Counted from the stretch's first letter, positions 1 through 11,558 are shown. The stretch is 64,000 nucleotides of DNA from Vermamoeba vermiformis (GCA_045837725.1 JBEWZL010000208.1:62001-126000); one strand, 5' to 3'. Made by a program: numbers and translations. The notes: generated from the letters alone by a model not told the origin.

Positions 1-12
1 TGCATTATGTAG

Positions 13-1040
13 TACGAGATTGACCTGAGAACAGTAGATGACACGCATCCAGCCCCAAGTCAGGGAGGTCTAACGCCCATTGGTCGAGATAAATATGTTT
101 TACTAGTGCTAGGTCCGTCTAAAGTAGGGAAGACGAGCTTAATAGTCCAGTTTGTTCAGAACCGTAAGCAAAATTAATTAAATTATTATAAGAATTGAAT
201 TAAATTTATTTTTAATCAGGTTTTGTCGCGGAAGAGGAGACCACCGTTGAAAACAGTAAGATACAATTTAATAATTTTTAAAATAGTTTTTTTTGTGCGA
301 TCCGACATTTGACATTGAACGTTCTATGTTGGATTGATTTAAACGTACTTCCAACGTTCAATAATAATCATTATGTTGTTTTCAATCACAGCTTACCGCA
401 AGACATGTGTTGTGGATGATAAAAGGGTCCTGACCGACATTGTGGACACAAGTGGCTACGAAGCTTACCAGCCAATGATGGACCAATATGTGCGTAACCC
501 GAATGAAGTTCTATTTTTGGAAATACTATTTGATCCGTATTTCAAGCCTTAAGTGTTTTTCCAGTTGTACTAATTGAAGTTTGAAAATAGATGCGGATGA
601 GCCAAGGCTTCCTAATTGTTTACAGCGTTACCGACCGCAATTCATTCGATCGATGCATTGAAACATATACAAATATATTAAGGTATGGCAATATTAGCTT
701 GCTTAACGCCGGATTCGTTCACTTTCAACAAACTTTTTTTAGTGTTTTTGTTTATCCGGTTAAAATTCATATTGACACACTCGACTTATATAATTATCTG
801 TTACGTAGAGTGAAAGATCAGGATCGCGTTCCAGTAGTACTCGTCGGAACTAAGTCCGATTCAGCAGATCGTGTAGTTTCAAAAGCGCATGGTGAAGAGC
901 TTGCAAAACAGCATGGCTGGTCGTTTTTTGAGACATCGGCAAAATATGGAACTAATGTGGATGAAGCGTTCCACGAGATTGTGCGGCAGATTTCTGACTC
1001 TCGGATCATGACTTCCAACGGGGGAGGCGGCAAGAAATAA
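13..1040 (+). CDS. Ras-family small GTPase domain, 5'-partial (gene continues upstream of the window), at least 5 exons
   Basis: Spliced translation YEIDLRTV...KYVLLVLGPSKVGKTSLIVQFVQN-RFVAEEETTVEN-TYRKTCVVDDKRVLTDIVDTSGYEAYQPMMDQY-MRMSQGFLIVYSV...VLVGTKSD...FFETSAK contains recognisable G1-G5 motifs, with GT-AG introns. Confidence 0.9.
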
Positions 1041-1365
1041 ATGGTAATTATATTTTTATATGCGCTATATTGCAGATACGATACAAGTCTGTAAGTCTTT
1101 ATATCGTTCCGATGCAGATTCAGAATTTCATTTTTTCAGTCGTTGAAAGCGAGCACAATGGACGCGTTCTGCGATAGAAATTCTGCATCTAAGGTATCCA
1201 GTATCTTTAATAACAGGGGGTCAAATTATAGTAACCCCCGAAAAAATTAACGATGAATTTTTCAATTCCGCTTCAATGCAACAGCAATTTATCCTATAAT
1301 GTAATAAAATGGCAACGATGATAATATTTGGTTCCGTTTGATTTTTAAATAAGTATTATAATTTT

Positions 1366-1605
1366 TTATTCGTTGAGCAGGAAACAACTTGGCGGAGCGA
1401 TGTGTAACGTCGATTCTTTCATTATATTATAATCAGCTAATGTCAGATGATTTTCTAATTGTCTGCCTCCGTGAACGAGCTTTTGCTTTTCGGGTGGGAC
1501 ATTGACAACGTCTTGGATCTTAAATTTGACTTCTTCAATCGTGTGCTCTGGCTCAACTTCCAAAGTTATAGTTTTGCCTGTGAGTGTTGCAACAAATATC
1601 TGCAT
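1366..1605 (-). CDS. Ubiquitin-like protein lacking the C-terminal di-Gly
   Basis: [19 protein letters not shown]...[14 protein letters not shown] aligns to ubiquitin but ends [10 protein letters not shown] instead of LRLRGG; intronless. Confidence 0.85.
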   Translation of the reverse strand: MQIFVATLTGKTITLEVEPEHTIEEVKFKIQDVVNVPPEKQKLVHGGRQLENHLTLADYNIMKESTLHIAPPSCFLLNE

Positions 1606-1769
1606 TGATACAACTTCACTTGTGTTGCTCTTTGCCTAAAATGAAAAAAAGAGGCCATCACCATACTGATGAATGTCAAACATGCCACTCAGTACAATCT
1701 GTTTTATTCAAATGGGCTGTTGAATAACAGCAAATACATAGCAATGTCTTCAATCTCTAGCAGTACATT

Positions 1770-2609
1770 CTAAAGAGCTGCTTCTTTGGTCAATAACATG
1801 CTTTGAATAAGAGAGGAGGCAACTCTGTAGGTGACATCACCTTCCTCAAACTTTTGCTGCAACACTCCCTCAGCAGTGAGGTATGCAAGCATCTGTGCAT
1901 TGTTTGCATCTTGCAACACTGGCTGATCTCCATGCAAGAAATATTTAACAACAAACTCTCTGACATCTGGCTTATCCATACAACTAACTAGCTTAGCCAT
2001 TGCAGACAAGCCATTAGAGTCTGTTATCAAGTCAACTGGCAGTTTAGGTGCATAAGCCAACCAGGCCTCATAGGAATTTAGCTTGTTTTGCCACCCTTCA
2101 TCAATGCTTTTCTCAATCATCTTGCCACAGTAACAAACCAAGCCAGCATGGCCAGCAGTTCTCTCATAAATATCCTCAATCAGTTCATTTGGCAGTGTAA
2201 TCAGTCTTGAGGCAGCAAATTCAGCGAATAGCTGAAACACTTCTTCTTTAGTAAAGCTGGAAACCTGAATTGCCTCTGTGGCAGTGAATGGGGTGGAGGT
2301 CTCACTCGTCAGCGTCAGAATGCTGTATGGACCAACTCCTAACACAGCCCACAAACAGCCAGGCTCCTGTCGCAAAGAACGTAGGGCACCAAGAAAACCA
2401 TCTTTAACAGCTTGACTGGCTTGGTAGAGCTTGTCAAATTCGTCAATAATCAGCACAACCTTTGGTGTTTCTGGAATTGAGGCAGTCTTGAAAATGAAGT
2501 TCGTTGGATCTGATAGCCACATCCGAAAAGTCGCTGCGCTGCTAATGGGAAAGGAGAGGTAGAGTGCGCGGCCCCCAAAGCATTGTAGGCGCGAGAGGCA
2601 ACGAGGCAC
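1770..2609 (-). pseudogene. Truncated or decayed AAA+/P-loop NTPase fragment (Crinkler/AAA_35-like)
   Basis: Walker B-like VVLIIDEFD and helical motif IEDIYERTAGHAGLV; no ATG start and no intact Walker A; intronless; 3' part lacks CpG. Confidence 0.6.
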
Positions 2610-2730
2610 CGGCGAGCCGGAACGCGCGCCCGAGCGGGGGCGGACCGGGGGGCCCGAACCCGAGCCCCGCGTGGAACGGAGGACGCCCCCCCGCGAATCA
2701 GGAGGAGAACACAGAGCGGAGGCGCGGGGA
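2610..2730. other. GC-rich island abutting the 5' end of the NTPase fragment
   Basis: Very GC-rich, nearly T-free on the + strand, ending abruptly in AATTAATTA repeats. Confidence 0.6.
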
Positions 2731-3245
2731 GAATTAATTAATTACACTGATAATTATTTGTAAATAATTAGAATTGATTTTGAACGCTAATTAATTATTG
2801 TTAATTATTCGTCATCTCGAGGCATTAATAAATAATTGTCTAATTAATTTGAAAAATTAAAAAGAAAAATCCAAATCCCGTACCGAGTCGTCATTTTGGT
2901 TGCTTTTCAACACTAATAATGTTTTGCGTACACCGCATATGTTATTTCGAACAAAAACAAACGCAAAACTGTTGCACTTCTTGTTTCCGATCGCAGCGGA
3001 AATCTTTCCTTTGCATGTTGGCGCCAATCGAAGTTTTGTTGATTTAAATTTATTTGCTAGGAATCAACTACAATAGAGCATTTCAATCTTGGTGATGAAA
3101 ATGCTCGAAAAGGTTAAAATTGGTTATTTTTTGTTTTTGTATCAATGATCGGCGGGGTTATTTTACACGTTATAATTAATATACTGCTTGGGTTATTGTT
3201 AAATGAGGGTGGTTATTAATATATTAACAGTATAATTACTTATTT

Positions 3246-6097
3246 TTAGTCATGGCCCACATCCTCCATCCACTCGTTGAAATCGGTATTTACATCGTTC
3301 TTTTCGTCTTTGATAGCAGACCCATCAAAATATTCGCCATTATGCGGGGAAAAATAAGGCGAACTCATCGGCTCATTTGCACCACCAGAAGGACTTCCTT
3401 TGTTCAATTTTTTGTTGGGTGGTCCGTCATCGTCACCTCGTCTGTTAGCACTTCTTCGTCGCTTGTTTGCAGCTGCAGTATTTGCAGCCGACGCCCTCGT
3501 GCTCGGGTTGTTATTAGGGGCATTAGAAGGTGACGTGCCGTTCGCCTCATGATCCGAACTTTGTGGATTTGGATCGATCAGCGAAGGACCTGTTGAGACG
3601 CCAGGAGGCAATGAAAGCGATGAATAATAACTCGAGGCTCCATTTTGTGACGGTGGTGATTGTAGCAACAAATGTTTCATCTCTTTGTGATATTTCTCAA
3701 GCGACTCTAAAGAGTTGAAAAAACCGGTTAGAAAATTTCCTTTTATGGAAAATTCGTCTTAAGTAATCTCCAGCGCCGCACCCACGATTAAATTTTGCAA
3801 ATTTTAGAGCAGTTATAATAAGCATTGTTCCGAGCTCGAGGTTAAAAGTTTGAGGTGCGCATCCGTAGTTTTTGACTTACCTAAAGGACTGCAATTACGC
3901 TCTGTACTGAAATCTATTAAATCTTTCATATAGCTCGTGACTTCTGCAATCTATAAAAGCAAGGTATTAGTTTTACTATTGCATCTTAAAGCAAAAAAAA
4001 TGAAGGTTCGGATCTGGTCGAAAGGCGCGTGCCACGCACACTACGGTTACTTCTGTATATATTCTATATAGTAATATAACGTACCTCGAAACACCTCATG
4101 AGCGGTGGCGGCAATCCAAACTCATTAACTAGTGTCTGTCCTTCTTTGCTGCCATTTGAATGTTGTGCAGCCTGCGTACTTGTCAGATCCAAAACTCAAA
4201 TAGAACTCAATATTAAGCCTAATTACCTCTTCTCTATTCTTAAGCACGAGTTCATCGTGCGATGTGCCTTCAAATTCCCATAAAAGAACTTTTAGCCGGT
4301 TGCAAAATGTTACTCGAAGGTAACCTGTCACGAAGATAAAAATTTCGTTAGTTCAGCCCAAAAACAGATTAATCCTCCGTTATTATTATGCAAAAATAAT
4401 ATCCTTATTCGATAGTATCCTTTGTATATTTTGATTTTTGAAAAAGAGCGACCATTTCGAAGACGGAATAACGTAAAATCCAGTCTCGAGGTATTATTTC
4501 TTATGAAGATTTAAAAAGTAAATCTATTCGCCATTCGTAGTATTATTGCAGTATTAAAGGCGCATAAGTAAGTTTAAAAAAGTCTGCGGACTATGTTATA
4601 TTTTTGTTTTTGGCGGCTTACCTGTAATATGGACTTCAGTTCCGTTTTCATATAGCATAAATACTTTGGTCTTCGTGCTGATCAATAAATATGTTCTGTC
4701 GTTGATTGAGTATTCGCGAGGGTTTTCCATAAAATACATGATCTGTCGAACACCCGAGGCATAAGTGACTTGATACATTCTAGGCAAAGCCTCCGTGCCC
4801 AGTTCTATATTTAAAACAATTAGTATGATATCAAGAAGTCGAAAATGTGATAAACTCAAGCGCACATTTGAAGATCCAGCGGCAAAATTTGAACGTTAAT
4901 GAAAATCGAATTAAAGATCTTTGCAAAGGGACCTCATATTAATATCATTCTCTATTTATCGTTAATTGCCTAATATAAATTCGGACGCTATATTAATTTT
5001 ATGGAGAGCTCAAGAATTTGTCCGTTTATGGTATTAAGTACCCAAGCGATCCCGCAAAACAAATAATCAAGGCAAAGCTATACGTTGGACTTTAGTGTTA
5101 TAATCAAAGATTGTCAAATTTAGCCGAGAAACTAGAGCGGATGTCGGGATCCTGTCCGTCAAAAAAGATTGAACTTACCGAACTTGCGAACCTCGCGCTT
5201 GTTATTAACCCATACTATATGTTTATAAACTGCGTTTTCGTTGAAAAATTCTCGTACGAAGCCCTCCCAAAACTCTATGCTGTTCTCCTGTAATCAAAAA
5301 TATTTGCGTTAGATCGGGGATCTGGTATAGTAATTGCTGAAGGCTTGATCTCAAATTGCTCCGATATATATAAATTAGATTGTCATCTGAATGTTAAATA
5401 ATAGCTGATCTGACGCCTAGGCGCGTATAAAATCGAAAAATTTACAACGATCTACGTGTAAACGAAATAAATTAGGCGGTAAATTCGATGCGATTGAAAA
5501 ACTAGATGCAGCTATATATTTAATAAATATTTGATATTGTAATTATATTTTAGAATCGACGCTCGGTAAGCAAGCATCCGTTTGGCAAGATCAACAGCCT
5601 TCAACTGCTTTATTGTTCAGCAGAAATTTTTAGAGCCACGTTATTAGCTATATTTTCGATATTAGAAGCATCAAATAAATTCTTACGCGTCTCGGATGAA
5701 ATATCGAGTGGCATTCGTTGATTTGAGCGATGCGCAAAACTAGCTGTCCTACTCCAACAGGACTAATGACAATAATTATATTAGCAAATATATTATCGAG
5801 GAGTAACGCCATTTTGAGGTTAGCGGATGAGACACTTACCCAACGACGGACATCCTAAGTAAAAACTATATTGCAAGCCAAATACAATATGGTTATACAA
5901 TCATAGCCGGGCGTACTTGAGGGACCTTTGATGTGCCTCAGCGTCAATAATAATAATTTTTTTTATTTTTTTGGACAGAGCAGAAAGTCAACAAAAAAAA
6001 AACTAGCGCAATTCTTCTACCTTTCCGGATGTGACCTCCACGATGCCCTATCAAGCACTAAATGAGCATGGCAATATATAACCGACTTGTAATCCAT
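3246..6097 (-). CDS. LIM-domain-binding (LDB1/SEUSS/Mfg1/Adn1) family transcriptional co-regulator, about 8 exons
   Basis: Spliced ENSIEFWEGFVREFFNENA...ELGTEALPRMYQVTYASGV...MLYENGTEVHITGYLRVTF...LLWEFEGTSHDELV...FGLPPPLMRCFEIAEVTSYMKDLI matches the LIM_bind domain, followed by a low-complexity tail with NLS-like KRRR. An alternative in-frame ATG lies at 5853. Confidence 0.85.
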
Positions 6098-6375
6098 AGT
6101 ATCTCCGTTGGGTGAATCATAAAACGGCTAGTAAGGTAACGTGAATCTATGTCTTGCTTGTAATGTCGCGATTTCAAAACATTACTGTGACAATTTTAAG
6201 ACTAATTTCTTCTTTAAATATTGTCTGGACTATTTTTTGCACGATAGATCGACTCTGAATCTAATTTTTATCTGTTAAAATTGCGAGGCCCTTAGCAATT
6301 TCTATTTCTACTAATACAACGATCTAAGTTCAATGTGCCTTTAAGATTACCCGGCATATTGACCAATTCGCTTTT

Positions 6376-8351
6376 TTAGAACAAGGAGATCAAGAGCGAG
6401 AACACGGCAACAAGGAACGAGGCTTGAACAGCAACGCTAGAGTTGACATTGGAGCAGGTACCGTCCTCTAAAATTACTATATATGTTAGTACGATGCACG
6501 AGTGAGACCGTTCAAATTCGATATTCCAAAGTTGGAGGATCGAACGATCTTAGATTCGGCTTTGCAACTTACCAACAGAGATGGTGTATTGAGCACCGCT
6601 ATCAGTGTACAATCCGTAGAACTTGCGGTTTGTGTTCGCACCAGCAGGGACGCAAGCATAGTTAGTGCTGTAGGAGGAAGGAGTTTGAGTGGTGGAGGCA
6701 GCACCGCAGTCAGTGCCGTAAGAAACAAGAGCAACGCCACCATTACCGCCAGTACGACGAGCAACGACGCGCTAAATATGATAAATGAGTAAAGGTTGCT
6801 TTGTGAGGCTTTGGTGGGTTGAAAAAGTTGCCGGATGTACCTTAGGAACAGCGGTGGTGTCGTAAGCATCAGCTCCGTAGATTCTGTAGCCAGAGGAGAG
6901 AGAGTCGCTGAGTCTGTCAGCTTTGTAGACCAACAAGCCGTCTAGAAAAGGTGAGGTAAGTTAACTATCAAAAACCGAGAGTTGTTTGATGCTTGATCTC
7001 GATCTAATCGTTACTTACTGTAGGTAGCAGTGTTGAGGGTGTAAGCTCCCGAAGCGGTACCAGGGAATGCACCGATGATGGCAGTGGTAGCAGAAGTGCT
7101 GCTGCTGCACAAGGTAAGCATACCAGATCCACTCAACGTGGAATCAGCAGTGGTAGCGGTGGGGATGTTGTTGCTAGATAAATGAGGCAATTAGTGGCAT
7201 TCATAAGAGACACCAAGAGTAGTATTGCTAAGCAAATCCTGGCTCGCGTACTGACTTTTGAGCTAATTTTTGATGGTCAAAAAATGTGCGCCAGAAATTT
7301 GACGGGCAAATAGACGCGAAGAATGAGAGCTGGAATTCGCTCCAAACTTACGTTGAAACACCAAAAGTTGCGCCGTTAGGACCAGTAACGTCAACAGTGA
7401 CGAAGTTGCTAGCAGGGACAGACAAATCGAAGTACTTGTTGGTGTTGGCGGTCAAAGAGCCAGAGGAAGATTGGCCGATGGTCAAAGAAGTGCTCGAGAC
7501 TAATGCAATTGTTAGCATAAATACTGTTAAGTTAGGTGGAATGCAGGTAATCTTACTGGGTGCGGCAGTAATGGTAACAGGGAAGCATCCGTACCTAAAT
7601 AATTTAAATTTTGGTTAATTATCTGAGCTTTATCGATCATCAAAAGAATTATAAAAAGTTACCAGTTGCCTCCAGTGTAACCCCAGTGCTATTGAAAGTA
7701 AATTCGGTCAGATCATGCGTCCCACCATGTGTCACATTAAAATCGAATCACGTACCCATTGCATGTAGTAAGTGCCCGGGTCTTGAGTAATGAAAATGTG
7801 GGCAGTTTGAGACTTGCCAGAAGGGCAGTCAAGGGTTTTGAGCACGGTTCCGGCAGAAAAGCCAGATGCAGTAGCAGTTGTTCCAAGAGTGTAGTTGCAT
7901 TTGCCGTTAGGATGACCACCTCCGTTAGTAAAGTTGGAAACCAAGTTGCTAACGTCATGAATATTAGCAATCGAATCATGGGAGCGGATAGGAGATTCGA
8001 TTTTCCTTTCTGACCGCAAAACTTACGTGAACTTTTGCACGGTGATAGTAGTAGGACCCACGCCATGACCGCAAGGATTGGTGGAGTTAGCAGAGTTTTG
8101 ATTGTCACCTGTAAAATATTTAGTAAGTGGATTACAGGGTCTTGCAGCGTCGAGTTAATTTATTATTTTCAACGTTAAGGCAACATACCTTGGTAATTAG
8201 CAGCAACGGGGCCAGTTAACCAGCTAAACAAGTTTATTTTAGTTTCCGGTAACGTATTTATTGTTATCAATAAAAATTATTACCCGTGACCACTGACAAG
8301 GGCGAGTTGGACGGCAATAACAGCGAATACGACGATAATAGACTTATTCAT
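6376..8351 (-). CDS. Secreted, GPI-anchored LPMO-like (His-brace copper) protein with C-terminal beta-sandwich modules, about 11 exons
   Basis: MNKSIIVVFAVIAVQLALVSG|HGWLTGP...NPCG...GGGHPNGKC...YYMQWHWGYTGGNWYGCFPVTI; C-terminus NSSVAVQASFLVAVFSLLISLF*. Confidence 0.75.
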
Positions 8352-8384
8352 TATGGTCTTGCGTGTTTAACGGTGCAAGGAAGA

Positions 8385-8390
8385 TTTATA
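8385..8390 (-). promoter_or_regulatory. Possible TATA box (TATAAA) for the LPMO-like gene
   Basis: TATAAA on the minus strand about 35 nt upstream of the ATG at 8351. Confidence 0.35.
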
Positions 8391-8419
8391 AACAGAGAAA
8401 ATCTTCAGTTTTCGACACC

Positions 8420-8660
8420 CGGTCGGGGACGTTGTTCGGGGGTGAAAAACCGACGTCGATTCCGCTTGCGGGCCGGCTGCACCCACCATCTCATGGGAAT
8501 TGGAAGTAGAGTGATAAAAAATTGGTGATCGACCCCCAAGCGCGAAGATAGGATGCCCACAAGAAGGTTAGGGGGGGGCCCGAGGGGAGGGGGTTGTGGG
8601 CGGTGTACGTCCGTTCCAGTCCGGCCCGATTTACATAAACGGGCCCCCCCGGTCGTGACA
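8420..8660. promoter_or_regulatory. GC-rich element with G-tracts and inverted repeats in the divergent LPMO-like/GT92 intergenic region
   Basis: GGGGGGGGCCCG (8571) and CGGGCCCCCCC (8640) form an inverted repeat; G8-G4-G5-G3 runs at 8571-8600. Confidence 0.45.
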
Positions 8661-8984
8661 ACTGACAGCTCAAGTAAAACGCTGTAGAACGCAATTAATT
8701 GCGGGTAATTTAATATGAACTATTAAATAAATGTTGCTGCCGAGGTATACCGCGAGCAGGTAAGCAATCATAATTATGGCGTTGCAAGGCTGGATCAGAT
8801 CTCAACATTATTTTAAATCAAATATTGCAATTGCTCCCGCAAGATAAAGTTAATGAGTACAATAGGCGTTGTAACTTGACGTTTATCGATTCTGCTGACG
8901 TCAGGCTGAATGAACGATCTGTGCTTTTACGGTGCAATTGTACGCGGCTAAAAGTAAAACACTCGGAAAGGAGAACCTCAACCA

Positions 8985-11359
8985 ATGGTTGCAAGGTAAG
9001 ATCAATTCAAGGACTATTTGCTAAATTTACCTAGCGGCAGTACCTGGCGTGCTCACTAACTAACGTGTTTGGATTAGGACTCGCATCAGCCTGACGCACG
9101 TAGCCGTTGTGCTATTTGCATGTATATTTTTATTTCAATTGTATTATTTTACCCGAGACCAATCAACAGGAGGTAAGCAGATTTAAAAAACGGAAAAATA
9201 ATAATATTTCTGAAATAATCATAATATCATTAAAATATCAGTGGAGGTCGCTCGCGTTAGCTACCGGTGTAATTATATTAATATTTAATTAATAATTTTC
9301 GGTTCAGGATCTCCCAAACCTAAACCCGCGCCTGTTGCTCGACCTCCTAAACCAAAGGTCGTAATTAAAGAACCTCCACCAGACAAAGAAGAGCATAAGA
9401 ATGAAGACAATAATAATAACAACGAAAATGAAAACAACGAAGAGGAAAATACCGATCTGAATAATGAGGAGGAGAATCCACAAGACGAAGAAAATACAGA
9501 AGAGAACACAAATAACGAAGAGGAGAATAAGAATGAGGAAAATAACGAAGAAAATAACACCAATAACGACGATACTAAGACTCCCTCCGCGACCGTCAAG
9601 TACTATTTAGACTTGCCTCTAACCACACCTCCGTTTATCGCTAAAACTGCCGCCAATAACTTCGACGAATACGTTCAAAGGTGCATATTAAATTAACATA
9701 ATAATATAATGCTAATATGATTACAGAGCCAAGACGATCGATTCGGATTGGCAGATGACTGGCGACAACAAGATGTTCGTGTACAGCTCTCACATGCATC
9801 TTGGAGGTAATATTGTGACCAAGTTATTATGGTAGGCAATGTCGTTAATATGATGGTAATGATAGGCAATCAAGTTGTTAGCATTGTGATGCACGAAGGC
9901 GAGACTCACAAGTGGCTCAAACAAACGCACTTCGATCACACGAAGATGCAATCTCCCAAGGACCGAAAAATTCACTGTGTGTTCCCAGACAAAACGATTT
10001 CGCTTGGCAAGCTCGAGGAGTGGGTCTTTGAGTCCGAGTTCCTGTGGTTGATTAAGTGCGCTGCCAGTCGTCAAGTTCAAGACACTTTCATTCGTCATGG
10101 TCGTGTCAATTACTTGCTTGTTGATGCTCCAGAGTCTGTCACTGAGTCCAGTGACATTTCTCAATATGTCGTAGCTAATATCGTTGTGAGGGTAAGTTTA
10201 AATCATTCACGAAAACCAGTTGCTAACGTGCACATTTACAAGGCTGACGACAGATCCAACCCTGACCAACCCATCAATTTGATGTTGTGCTCGTCAGCGC
10301 TTAGCGATTCAAAGGTAATGCAATAGTGTTGACATGTGCTGAGCGCTAATGGTTATTCTAGGCACCTTATTTGAAAGAGTGGATCGAGTTCTATCGTATG
10401 ATGGGAGTCGAATACTTTGCCATCTACGATAAAAGCATGGCTCAAAATAGCATGAATGTGTTGGATCCTTACATCAAAGCAGGCATGGTAAGTTGTGCGT
10501 GCTTGTGTTACTCTCTCTCTAACTTCATTCAAGGTGCGCATCCACAAGTGGACAACACCTGGTTATGATGACACTCATCGCGCAGCTCAAGTAAGGATAT
10601 CCTTAGTATTGTAGAGCATGCGTTCTAATAGTTCATATAGATCCCCGCTCATAACGATTGTTTGTATCGCTACAAAGATGTTGCGCAGTGGCTGCTCTAC
10701 GTCGATGTTGACGAGTTTATGTTCCCAATGAAACACAACACATTGACTGAGCTCTTGCATGAGTATGATAACATGGTTATTGGCAGCATTGGCGTGCGAG
10801 GTATGTGCTTACGTACTCATTTCAAGCGGTTCTTAACACGTGCCCAGGTATGCTGTTTGGTGGATCTCCCGGCAGTGGCGAGTTAGTCATGGAGAAGTTC
10901 ACATCGTAAGTAAATAATAAGTACTATCAATGTGCACGAGAAAGGTCGCTAATAAACTTTGCACAGACGCGGCACAGCTCCTCTTCGCAGACACTGGAGA
11001 TCCAAGTTCATCGCACGTGCGGCGTACATGTCAATTACAGCTGTGCACTGGGGTGAAGGAGGACGCGAGATAGATATCAATCCCAACACCACGCTGCGCA
11101 TGAACCATTACTACAATGCTCACGGAGTACGATGTAAGTAGTTTTTTATGCAACCCAGATCTTGCCCTACAACTTGACACGTAGGACATAAACAGTTACT
11201 ACTATGTGTAATAATAGTGCTCACTATGAAGATGTTCTAACAAGAGTTAATTTGTCAGATCCTATGGACGGAGAGCCAACGCCAGTGAAGGACACGACAA
11301 TGCCTGAAAAGTTCGCTAGTGCCCTTAAGGACCGACTTCGCAAACCACCTGGTCTTTAA
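8985..11359 (+). CDS. Glycosyltransferase family 92 (DUF23) type II membrane protein, multi-exon
   Basis: MVARTRISLTHVAVVLFACIFLFQLYYF (TM), N/E-rich stem, then LKEWIEFYRMMGVEYFAIYD, NDCLYRYKDVAQWLLYVDVDEFMFP and SK...VHW...LRMNHY motifs. Confidence 0.85.
9395..9570 (+). repeat. Coding low-complexity N/E-rich (NEEE) repeats, stem of the GT92 protein
   Basis: Repeated AAC/AAT GAA GAA units. Confidence 0.7.
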
Positions 11360-11558
11360 TATATTTAATAATGTGTATTGTATTTGTTACATACTGTAAA
11401 AGTTGTTTTATACCACATCCGCGACTGTTATTGTTAACGCCGATTCGAATATTCTTCATCTGAGTGTTATAGTGATCGTACATTGAGATTCGTTGTAAGT
11501 TGGTCTGGGTCTGTTTCAGCGTCGAAGAAAAAATTTATTGTTGTTTTTGGATGTCGAG

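Noticed and set aside
6486-6869. Hydrophobic 127-aa ORF that looks like a membrane protein
   Set aside because: It is an alternative frame of LPMO-like exons; splice phases select the other frame
8420-8660. SRP, RNase P or MRP RNA
   Set aside because: GC-rich and structured, but I could not find the conserved signature motifs
9285-9599. Ser/Phe/Leu-rich minus-strand ORF
   Set aside because: Antisense shadow of the N/E-rich GT92 stem
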